Source: Chiloscyllium plagiosum
Taxonomy: Eukaryota
Direction: 5' to 3'
Assembly (NCBI RefSeq): GCF_004010195.1
Contig: NC_057753.1
Coordinates: 14,825,230 to 14,866,061 of the forward strand
Length of the DNA: 40,832 nt
In this document: positions 12,394-22,376 of the stretch, one piece after another
Layout of the letters: each line of letters begins with the position of its first letter
Position numbering within the stretch: the stretch's first letter is position 1
Program-made: the position numbers and the translations under genes
Notes under the pieces: generated by a model
Told to the model about the DNA's origin: nothing
What the model saw: only the letters and a program-made list of their open reading frames with translations
Databases searched by the model: none

Positions 12394-13754
12394 CGCCTTT
12401 TGCAGTATGCTTTTGGAGTGCACTCGATCTTGCGTGCGCACTTGCCCGTCTCCCCCTTTTTATTCCCTCCGTCCATCTGAGGGTCCTGGAGGGGTTTCGT
12501 CCAAACCTCGGCCGGTTGCGTTGCAGAGGCCGGGCTGGGAGGAGCAGGAGGCCCCCCAGCCCCTCACGGCCGGTCTCCACGTCCCTGATCTCTCCGCGCA
12601 TTCTTCCCCTCGACCCCCCCCCCCCCCCTCCCCCCCAAACCTGGGGTCACCTTGTGGGGTGGTCGCTGGAACTCTCCCTTCAGCCAGGGAATTGGGCAGC
12701 GACGCAGAGGTGGCTCGGGGTGAGTCTCTCCTTGCGGAGACTGGGGTTGGGGGGGGGGGGGGGGTGCAGGGTGGGCCCACAGTAGCTCTGGCTGAGGAAC
12801 ACTCGTGCTTGGAGGTAGCGGGAGTGCTGAGGGTCGTTAAAGGCGTCGTGGTGGGTGCCTGAGGGTCTGCACGTGTCCGTCCCCCCCAAGGCCTCACCGC
12901 CCTCTGCCTCATTTTGAGCGTTGGCCTCCGATTACGCCAGGAACGATTCTGTGCGCCAAGCCACCTCTTGCGTGTCGGCCTGCGTTTGTCCCCGTCCTGA
13001 TCGCTCTCATCGTACCCTGTCGCGGTTCACTTTGTAAATTGGTGCTCTTCATTAACCCACCCCACCTCGCTGCAGCTCTGGTCTGTTGTAACTGCTTTGC
13101 CTTAACTCCCTACCATTCGCCCCCTCCCCCGTCCAGTGTAATACCGCAGAGTGGGAGTGCCCCGAAGTTTAGTTCCTCTGGTGTTTACCGAGTTCACCAC
13201 TCCCGGTTAGAGTCCAAGGAACGGGCTGACTCGCTGCCTGAAGGTGGATTTGGATTTGTTTGGATCCCATCCTGCAGTTGCCTCTGGATGCAATGAGGAA
13301 CGGAGTGGGGAGGGGAGTGCTGGCGAAGGGGGTTGATAAAACGCACACGTCACTTCTCCTTTGGGAAACACGGGCCGTCAGAGAGCACACCTTCCTTTCC
13401 AGCTGTTTGTCCCTCTCCGTTTAAAAAGCGGGCATCACAAAACCGACACGAGCCGCCGGTGAGAGTAGGAGGTACTCGGCGTTTCCAGCGCACATCCAAA
13501 GCGCCCTGATCCCCAATGTTCTTTCTTTGCTGTGCGCCGCTGTTTCTGTGGCGTGGGCGTGGGGCTCTCGAGACGCACGCAGAAGTTGGAAAGGCTCAAG
13601 AGGGTCAGCCTGGGTGGGGACGTCGAAAGTGGTTAGCAGGTCAGACTCGAGCGCCCGTCGCTCGCGCAGAGCCTGCGCAGCCTCTGTTCTCAGATGAAGG
13701 GTCCCTCGACCCATTCCTCCAAAGGGAGATTGGGCAGGAGAGATCTGCAGGCAG

Positions 13755-13848
13755 AAGTGCGGATGCTGGAGATCAGGGCGGCAGTCAGGCAGCATCCGAG
13801 GAGCAGGAGAATCGAGGTTTCGGGCAATGGCCCTCCGTCGGGAATCTC
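13755..13848 (-). mobile_element. Degenerate Penelope-like terminal-repeat fragment with decayed hammerhead motif
   Basis: Minus strand ATTCCCGACGGAGGGCCATTGCCCGAAACCTCGATTCTCCTGCTCCTCGGATGCTGCCTGAC aligns to the intact copies at 19226, 19535 and 35570. Confidence 0.65.
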
Positions 13849-13899
13849 TGCCTGTCAGGAGTTGAGGAAAGGGAGGTGCAACGTTCCAGACGTGTGCAC

Positions 13900-15240
13900 G
13901 ATCCTGAGGGCGACTCGGTTGAATGCAATAGTGGTACCCTTATTTGAGGAGGGAATGTATTTGTGCTGGAGGCAGGTCAGAGGAGGTTGGCTGGATTGGT
14001 TCTCTGGACGAAGGGGTCTGTCTGTGGGGAGAGATCGAGCGGTTTAGGCCGTCGCTCATTGGGAGTTTAAAACAATTGAGATCTAATCGAGGTGCGCAGG
14101 GTGGTAAAGGGTAACCGCAAAGTAGCTGGAGCGAGGATGTTTCCTCATGTGAGGCAGTCTAATTTCAGAACAAAATGGGGCAAATTCAAAACAGAGGCCA
14201 TGAATTACTTCTCTCGATGGGTGGCGAGCCTTGCGGAATTCGTCCTCCCGAAAATGCGAGGGGCTGCATTTTTGGAAAGGCAAATCTTAGCAGGACGTAT
14301 ACACTTGATGGTAAGGTCCGAGGGAGTGTTGCTGAACAGAGAAACCTTGGAGTGCAGGTTCATAGCTCCTTGAAAGTGGAGTCGCAGGTCGATAGGATAG
14401 TGAAGGAGGCGTTTGGTATGCTTTCCTTTATTGGTCAGAGTATTGAGTACAGGAGTTGGGAGGTCAGGTTGCNNNNNNNNNNNNNNNNNNNNNNNNNNNN
14501 NNNNNNNNNNNNNNNNNNNNNNNNNNNNNNNNNNNNNNNNNNNNNNNNNNNNNNNNNNNNNNNNNNNNNNNNNNNNNNNNNNNNNNNNNNNNNNNNNNNN
14601 NNNNNNNNNNNNNNNNNNNNNNNNNNNNNNNNNNNNNNGTGTGAAATGAGCTGCCAGAGGAAGTGGTGGAGGCTGGTACAATGACAGCATTGAAAAGGTG
14701 GATGGGGACAGGGATAGGAAGGGTTTTTAGAGGGATACGGGCCAAGTGCTGGCAGGTGGGACTAGGTTAGGTCTTCCAGCACCATTGATCCAGAATCTAG
14801 GTTAGGTTAGGTTAGGGATATCTGGGTAGGCCTGGATGAGTTGGGCCGAAGGGTCTGTTTCCGTGCTGTACGTCTCTGACGCTCAAGAGTGCAGTGGTCG
14901 CCAGAGGAGGTGGGCATGTTTAATGCGTAATGTGTTGAAGGGTCACGGAGAGCGGGTGGGAGAGTGGAGCCGGGGCCAAGGGGGAGATCAGCCAGGATCG
15001 TCACAAATGGCAGAGCAGGCTGAGGGTTGCCGTTTCAGACTCGAGGATGAGAACTCTTCGTTTTTGAGCATCGAGAGGCTGTGGAATGTCTCCTCCCCAG
15101 AGAGCGCTGGTGGCCTGCCCGTCGAACCTACTCCGAGAGATCTCGGACGGCCCGGGATGATGGGGGGGAGGGAATTTCAGACCGTGACCCCTTACAGAAT
15201 GGCGGAGTGGGCCGAGTGGCCGCCTGCTCTTCTGGGAGCA
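13900..15240 (+). mobile_element. Old CR1 3' fragments with a younger CR1 inserted at about 14263-14880 (N gap 14473-14638)
   Basis: The younger part encodes FGKANLSRTYTL and GMLSFIGQSIEYRSWEV and has a CR1 tail. The flanks are diverged CR1 C-terminal and 3'-UTR-like sequence. Confidence 0.7.
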
Positions 15241-15464
15241 CTTCCTGTGCCCCTCGGCCTTTGCAGGATCTTGGAGGGACTGGAGTTGGGTGCGTTTTTA
15301 TTTTTGGTGAGGCAGTGGGCCGGACCCTGGCCTGTGCGTCCAGCTCAGCCCTGGTACTCGCCGCTTGGTCAACTGTTAAAGACTGGGCAGACATCAAGAG
15401 TTTGAATTTACGTGTGCGTGTGTTCAGGACTGCTTTACATGTTGTGATTTGGAGTAGCACCAGG

Positions 15465-15745
15465 GCGTACAAAGTTTAAAAATCACACAACGCCAGGTTA
15501 TAGTCCGATGGGTTTAGCTTTCGGAGCGCTGCTCCTTACTTATCCAAGTGGTTGTGGAGTAAAAGTTCTGGGGTTTACATACAAAGCCAACGTGGTCATT
15601 CTGAAAGGTGACCGACTGAACAAGCAATCCCGGTCTTTTTCGATCTAGAGTTTTGGTTGCCTCACACCGTGAGCGTTTGCTGTCGGTGCTCTGTCCGACT
15701 CCACGGCCACCCGACCAAGGAGCAGCGCTCCGACGGCTGGTGCTC
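15465..15745. mobile_element. Inverted pair of decayed terminal repeats of a third hammerhead-bearing (Penelope-type) family
   Basis: The stem GGAGC-AGC-GCTCC is followed by GAAAGCTA on the - strand (15515-15537) and by GACGGCTG on the + strand (15708-15742). The flanking AAAATCACACAAC(G/A)CC motif recurs at about 19840-19856 and in reverse complement at 20761-20807. Confidence 0.5.
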
Positions 15746-18349
15746 TCTCCACGTTGTGCACCCCGCGCTCTCGGGCGGCCAGCGCTGTTCAGCACCGCAG
15801 GCAGGCACATCGCGTCCGCGTCAGGGCGCGGGCGAGGTGCGACGGTCTGCGGGGGGGGGGGGGCGAAGTGCTTGGCTGCTGCTGTCAGGTGAAATTGGTT
15901 CGGTCAGGTCTGTGCAAGGGGGGGAGGGGGGAGGGGTGGATGTTGGGGACAGCATCTTGGAATGGCATCGTGAGCTTATCTTACCCTCTCCAAACTCCTT
16001 GGTCCAGTCAAATACCTTCCCACCACAGCTGCCAGAGTTTCGCTGAATAAAACGTGGAACTGGAAGCTAGCCTCGACCAACGTAATTGAAAGCGCGTTGG
16101 GCCTCACTGATGTGTGACTGGGCTGACCGCTAACGTGCCTGCGGGTTGACTCTTCAAACCGCTGTGCGTTCAGGGAGCGGTGGGCTTCCCGGGTCTGGAA
16201 TGCCACCGGGGCAGCGTTCCAGAGGCCCGGGGTCCCAATCCCGCGGCAGCCGGTGGAACCCGCGTTGGTGAAGGCGCTCCCAGCGATGCTGACGGTTCAG
16301 CAGTCGTCGTCTGTCCTCTGGCCTCGCTAAATGTCCCGTCGGGGGAAGGAATCTGCCGTCCTCGCCCGGACGCACAAACCGAAATCGGAGCGGGGGAGGG
16401 AAGAGTCCGTTCGGCCCCTCAAGCCTGCAGCCCTGCCGTCCCGTAAGAGCTGGTCGTCCGACTCTGCCTCTCCCGCTTCCCCCCCCCCCTCCAACCTCCA
16501 TCCCCTCGCCTCCCGTTTCTGCTCGTGTGAAAATGATTTGTTTAGCCCTACTGTCTGCTGATCGGACCTCCATTACTACTCTACCAGTCCCTCGCGCCCC
16601 CCCATATGTGTTAATTTTATATGCTCATCTGTTATTGGGAGAGGTGAGAGGGGGGAGAATCCCCTTTAGAGAGTCCCAGGTAAATGGCATCCACTGGATC
16701 CCCCTCCGCTACCAACTTTCTCGGAGTGACGTCCCTGAAAAGCTGCAGTGCGTTGGCCAGAGCCTGGCTTCCCTTTGGACCCTCCGTCGCTGATTCTGTT
16801 TGACCCAGCGTCCGTATTCCAGACGGACAGCGACGCGCTTGAGTTTTGACTGCTTCCCCCTCCACCTCCCCAGAAATGGCGATGCCAGGCCCTCAGGCCA
16901 GGGAGGACTGGCCAGCAAACGTCGGCAGTTCCCCGGCTCCACCAAAGAGTAGATCTCGGGTGGGCACACTGGGCTGAGTCGCAGCTCCTGAGTTGTCGAC
17001 ACTCGGGCGTCCCCGGGGGGGGTAACATTGAAGCAGCCCCACCTGGGACTTTCGCTGAGTGTCACCGCCTGGCTGCCCGGAAGGTGTAGGTAGCGCTCTG
17101 TGTGTGTGTGCGTGCGCACCCACACCCCAGTCCGGTCTTTCCACGTGCCCCCGTCGCACCCAGTGGGGGAGTAACGTGTAACGAAAAGCCCCCGGGTCGC
17201 TCGGCGGTGTTATCTACGCCTGAACCGCACGGCTGTACCCGGCTCGGCTCCCCCATGGCACCTCACCCCCCTTTGTCTCCCACATCCCCCCCCCAACCCA
17301 GTCTGCGCTTCCTCAGCGACACCAGAGGGGTTCAGTCTCTATGGGTGGGGGGTGGTGCGTCGCCACAATTCGATAGGCGAGGCCACGCCTGGGACTCAAC
17401 CGCGTGGCAGTGGGTCTGGGGTCACCGTGCGCTCTGGGGGGAAAGGCACAGTGCTGGGGCGGGGGTCCCACCGTCCCCGAGGGAGCGTTACGGTGCTGCC
17501 GTCCGGTGGCGGGCAGCGAAAACGGTTCTTCTCTGCGCCAGGTTCGCGCGGGCGGTAACCCCTCGGGAGAAGGAGCGGATTATTCTCGTTAGTCCCCCGA
17601 GCAAACCTCCCTGCCGACGCAAGCGAAAGGGAAGACAAACGTCGGTGAGGGGGCGGTGCTCTCCCTCGGGCGACGAGTCCGAGAAACGGCAGTGACCTGG
17701 TCCGGGGGGCTACGTAAATGCGAGTCCGCTCGCGGGGTTTGCTGAACTCCTACAACTGCGGCACCCAAAATGACTAGTGTGCTCCCCCCACACACACACA
17801 CACACACACACCCCAGTGAGATATCTTAAGTACAGACCCCTCCCCCACCTCTCTTTTAGAAAGTTCGCTTCTATGGAAGACCCACACCTGTTTTCGCAAG
17901 GCGAAACCCCAGCAGGATTTTTGCGAGAGCCGGCAAAGATCCCCCTCTTCCCCCCCCCCCCCCCCCCACCGTGAATTAACGCTCCTTCACTTTACGCCAT
18001 GATGAATAGTTTCATAGGAACGCTCTACTTTTGCATGGGGGAGGGGTGGGATACTTTGCGAGGGGGAGACTGAGGGGACACTGGGTGAGGAGGGGCGATC
18101 TCTGACGTGAGGGCGGGCGGGCAAGCGAGCGCTCGGTCTCTGAGGCAGGAAGAGAGAGAGAGAGAGAGAGAGAGACGCTGGGGGAAGGAGGGTGATGGAG
18201 CAGGAATACCTGATGACCAAAGGTTCGCCAGTCTACGGCGACCCCCTCGCAAATCAGGAAGGGGCGGTGGGGGGAAGGTGGTGCCAGAGTTCAGGAGCGG
18301 GAGTCGGCTGGTTTCACCGATGGCTCAACGGTGTCTCCTTCTCTTCTGA

Positions 18350-18570
<221 letters not shown>

Positions 18571-19070
18571 NNNNNNNNNNNNNNNNNNNNNNNNNNNNNN
18601 NNNNNNNNNNNNNNNNNNNNNNNNNNNNNNNNNNNNNNNNNNNNNNNNNNNNNNNNNNNNNNNNNNNNNNNNNNNNNNNNNNNNNNNNNNNNNNNNNNNN
18701 NNNNNNNNNNNNNNNNNNNNNNNNNNNNNNNNNNNNNNNNNNNNNNNNNNNNNNNNNNNNNNNNNNNNNNNNNNNNNNNNNNNNNNNNNNNNNNNNNNNN
18801 NNNNNNNNNNNNNNNNNNNNNNNNNNNNNNNNNNNNNNNNNNNNNNNNNNNNNNNNNNNNNNNNNNNNNNNNNNNNNNNNNNNNNNNNNNNNNNNNNNNN
18901 NNNNNNNNNNNNNNNNNNNNNNNNNNNNNNNNNNNNNNNNNNNNNNNNNNNNNNNNNNNNNNNNNNNNNNNNNNNNNNNNNNNNNNNNNNNNNNNNNNNN
19001 NNNNNNNNNNNNNNNNNNNNNNNNNNNNNNNNNNNNNNNNNNNNNNNNNNNNNNNNNNNNNNNNNNNNNN
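18571..19070. other. Scaffold gap of exactly 500 N
   Basis: Round length, unlike the other gaps (166, 74, 57 and 88 N); typical of an unsized scaffolding join. Confidence 0.95.
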
Positions 19071-19225
19071 TGTGGGTTTAGGGTACACGTCTGTTTAGAA
19101 CATCAGGGAAAGTGTTGGGGGGGAGAGAGAGGGTTCGCGGCGAGAGGGTCAGTCATTTGGAGACATTGCTGAAAATGTGTTGCTGGAGAAGCGCAGCAGG
19201 TCAGGCAGCATCCAGGGAACAGGAG

Positions 19226-19261
19226 AATCGACGTTTCGGGCATAACCCCTTCTTCAGGAAT
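19226..19261 (-). ncRNA. Minimal type I hammerhead ribozyme motif (Penelope type)
   Basis: AUUC-CUGAAGA-A-GGG(GUUAUG)CCC-GAAACGUC-GAUU: intact core, palindromic helix III (ACGU), GUC cleavage triplet, very short helix I. Confidence 0.7.
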
Positions 19262-19534
19262 GAGCTCTGTTTGAGAATGTGGCTGAAGAGCTTCTGTGCA
19301 GAGGAGATGACCTGGGGGGTGCAGTGAGAGAGGGACTCACTGAAATCTTTGTAGAGGGAGGAAGAGAGCTTCTTCAAGCCATGCATCCTTGCAAGAGGAT
19401 TCGCAGTAGGTTGAAATCTTTGAGGAGAAAGTGAGGACTGCAGATGCTGGAGATCAGAGCTGAAAATGTGTTGCTGGAAAAGCGCAGCAGGTCAGGCAGC
19501 ATCCAAGGAACAGGAGAATCGACGTTTCGGGCTC

Positions 19535-19570
19535 ATTCCTGAAGAAGGGCTTATGGCCGAAACGTCGATT
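19535..19570 (+). ncRNA. Minimal hammerhead ribozyme motif, stem II with one mismatch
   Basis: AUUC-CUGAAGA-A-GGGC(UUAU)GGCC-GAAACGUC-GAUU; core nucleotides are intact. Confidence 0.6.
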
Positions 19571-19865
19571 CTCCTGCTCCCTGGATGCTGCCTGACCTGC
19601 TGCGCTTTTCCAGCAACACATTTTTCAGCTCTGATCTCCAGCATCTGCAGACCTCACTTTCTCCATTTGGAGACATTGCCTGGTTCAATCACTGCAAACA
19701 AAAGACCCGATCGCTGCTGGAAACAGTCCGACTTTCCGGATCTCCGGTGTTTGGATAATCGAGGTTTCACCGCGATCGGCGTCATCTCAGCTTGGACGAC
19801 GGAGTTAAGCGCGCCAAGGTGAAGTGGATTTGGAGGTTAAAATATCACACAACACCGAAAGCTAG

Positions 19866-20735
19866 TCACAGAGTCACACAGATGGACAGCACAGAAACAG
19901 ACCCTTCGGTCCAACCCGTCCATTCCGACCCAGATATCCCAAACCCAATCTAGTCCCACCTGCCAGCACCCGGCCCATATCCCTCCAAACCCTTCCTATT
20001 CATATACCCATCCAAATGCCTCTTAAATGTTGCAATTGTACCAGCCTCCACCACGTCCTCTGGCAGCTCATTCCATACACGTACCACCCTCTGGGTGAAA
20101 ACGTTGTCCCTTGCCCCTCTCACCCTAAACCTACGCCCCTCTAGTTCTGGACTCCCCCGTCCTCAGGGAAAAGACTTTGCCTATTTACCATACCCATGCC
20201 CCCTCATGATTTTATAAACCTCTATAAGGTCACCCCTCAGCCTCCGACACTCCAGGGAAACCAGCCCCAGCCTGTCCAGCCTCTCCCTGTAGCTCAAACC
20301 CTCCAACATCCTTGTAAATCTTTCCTGAACCCTTTCACAACATCTTTCCGATAGGAAGGAGACCAGAATTGCCAATATTCCACTAACCAATGTCCTGTAC
20401 AGCTGCAACATGACCTCCCAACTCCTGTACTCAATACTCTGACCAATAAAGGAAAGCNNNNNNNNNNNNNNNNNNNNNNNNNNNNNNNNNNNNNNNNNNN
20501 NNNNNNNNNNNNNNNNNNNNNNNNNNNNNNNCACTCCAAGGTCTCTTTGTTCAGCCACACTCCCCAGGACCTTACCATTAAGTGTATAAGTCCTGCTAAG
20601 ATTTGCTTTCCCAAAATGCAGCACCTCACATTTATCTGAATTAAACTCCATCTGCCACTTCTCAGCCCATTGGCCCGTCTGGTCCAGACCCTGTTGTAAT
20701 CGGAGGGAACCCTCTTCGCTGTCCGCTACACCCTC
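19866..20735 (-). mobile_element. 5'-truncated CR1 LINE with 3' end (N gap 20458-20531)
   Basis: ORF 20181..20813 contains WAEKWQMEFNSDKCEVLHFGKAN and RLRGDLIEVYKIM. A CR1 tail ends at about 19866. Confidence 0.9.
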
Positions 20736-21009
20736 CGATCCATAAACTCTTGAGCTGCCTTGGACTATAACCTGGTGTGGGGTGAATTTTATTTTTTTAA
20801 CTTTGTCGACCAACGTTGAGCCGTTTTCTACTTCTGAAGTGGGGCCGAGAGAACCTTACGGGGAATTACGTGCAATCCCCCAACATAAGGCGACCTCTCG
20901 GCTCGGACGATGCTCTAAAGGCGTGAGGCTAGAGTCTGTCTGCATCCCGATCTTGAGTCAGACTGGCTCTGTTTCCAAGGCTGGAATCCCCATGCAGGGG
21001 CATTGTACA

Positions 21010-22087
21010 ACATCCCGCCAATCAGATCAGCCAGGAGCCTGATTGACAGCGCCGCTGGCCAATCGACTTGGCGGTAGGCGGCGCCGGGACCTGCCGCCAA
21101 ATCCCCGCCCTCGTTGGGCGCTCCGCCCAATCGGCTTCGCCCGGCTCGTGATGGACAGTCACTTCGGCCAATAGGCACCGGGGGATTGGCACATCGGGTT
21201 GCCGCCTCCCGCCCCTTCCACGCAGCACCGCCCAATCGGCTTGGAGGGGTTCTGATTGGCAGCGCTGCCGACCAATCGCCGCGGGGGGTGCGCCCCGCAA
21301 GACGCACCCCAACAGCGCAGCACGCCCCCCCCTTTCATTGCCCATTCGCGTTAGGCCGCCCTCCTGATTGACAGCGGCATTGACCATTAGCCTTCGAAGT
21401 TATCACCCCCCCACGTCGCTTACGCAACGCGAATACGACGTCCCGCCTTTCCGCAGACACGCGCCCAATCAGCGGCGCAAGCCCCGTGACTGACGGCGGA
21501 AACAGCCAATGAAACCGAGAGAGCCCGTCCAAGTTAGCCGCGCCCCCACAACGTCAGTTTCTCCCGCCCATTCCTCCGCGATCTGACCAATCAGCACAGG
21601 TCGCTATCGGGATGGACGGCAGCTCTGGCCAGTAGAACGCGCGGTGGTTCTTTTTCCGGGGTGGCAGGGCGAATTGGCTCGCGCGCTGCCTCGAGCCCAA
21701 TCGTCGCACACCCGCGAGAGCCTCGACCAATCGGCGTGCGGCGATGGCTGATGGTGGTGGTGGGGTCAGCCAATGGAAAGGGGCACGGGTCCGTCAATGG
21801 CGGGTTTCATGGACGGCGGCGACGGCCAATAGGACGAGCGGAGGTTCGGGGGCGGGGTTTGCAGGCTAGGGTCGCGCGCTCGCTCGAGACCAACGGTCGC
21901 GCCGACGTCCGCCCAGCCCGGGGGCGGGGACCAATCCGCGTGGGGGTTACAGTCTGACTGACACGGGAGTGACCAATGAGTAGTGGGGACATCCGGAATT
22001 GGCGATTGATGGACGGGGCGGGGGGCAAATCGGCGGCGTCGGCGTGGGGGGAATGGGGCGGGTTCTTCCATCCAGGAGTCGGCGGCG
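21010..22087 (+). promoter_or_regulatory. CpG-island, TATA-less promoter of PARP2 with many CCAAT boxes, GC boxes and PBX-PREP/MEIS decamers
   Basis: About 19 CCAAT/ATTGG by manual count, several GGGCGG boxes, TGATTGACAG at 21040 and 21365, and high CpG density. It lies directly upstream of the ATG at 22088. Confidence 0.85.
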
Positions 22088-22121
22088 ATGGCGGCGGGAA
22101 GACGATCCCGGGAGCGGGAAG
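22088..22121 (+). CDS. PARP2: PARP2 coding exon 1 (MAAGRRSRERE-G)
   Basis: Strong Kozak context GGCGGCGATGG and donor AAG|GTGAGG (phase 1). Resembles human PARP2 MAARRRRS and joins exon 2 in frame. Confidence 0.75.
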
Positions 22122-22376
22122 GTGAGGGATGCTCCCTTTTCTACTCCGTTTAATGTCTCTATGCAAACCTTTTGCCCTCCTGTGGGTGGGGTTTCATCTG
22201 TGGGAGACGTTAGAACGTGTCGTTACCCACACCCGCTCCCCCCTAACCCCCCCCCCCCCCTCCAGCTTTCATTTATATATAGCCTGGCACGTCCCAAGTG
22301 GCAGAAGGGAGCATCTGGGGAGCAGCACTGCACTCCCTGGAGCGTGGCGGTCAGATATCCGCCCTCATGTCCTGTC

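Larger units (their letters stand above)
19170..19663 (-). mobile_element. Non-autonomous Penelope-derived element with direct and inverted hammerhead-bearing repeats and a 16-bp TSD
   Basis: CATTTGGAGACATTGC is duplicated at 19154-19169 and 19664-19679. A direct repeat has period 291 (TGAAAATGTGTTGCTGG at 19170 and 19461). Inverted arms lie at 19424-19530 and 19557-19664. The repeat matches the tail of the Penelope 3' end at 35570-35700. Confidence 0.8.
19071..19772. mobile_element. Probable pogo/Tigger-like MITE remnant (right TIR only) hosting the 19170-19663 insertion
   Basis: TTGGATAATCGAGGTTTCACCG at about 19751-19772 resembles the reverse complement of pogo-type CAGT..AACCTCGATTATCC termini. 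No left TIR is seen; it may lie in the gap. Confidence 0.4.

Noticed and set aside
10520..18300. Numerous 60-200 aa ORFs in the GC-rich intron
   Set aside because: No recognisable domains and overlapping in all frames, as expected from stop-codon scarcity at high GC.
19800..22087. RNase P RNA gene (RPPH1) divergent from PARP2, as in human
   Set aside because: Neither conserved box (GGAAGGTCTGAG, ACCCAATTCAGAC) was found by eye on either strand. An Infernal search with the nuclear RNase P model would be decisive.
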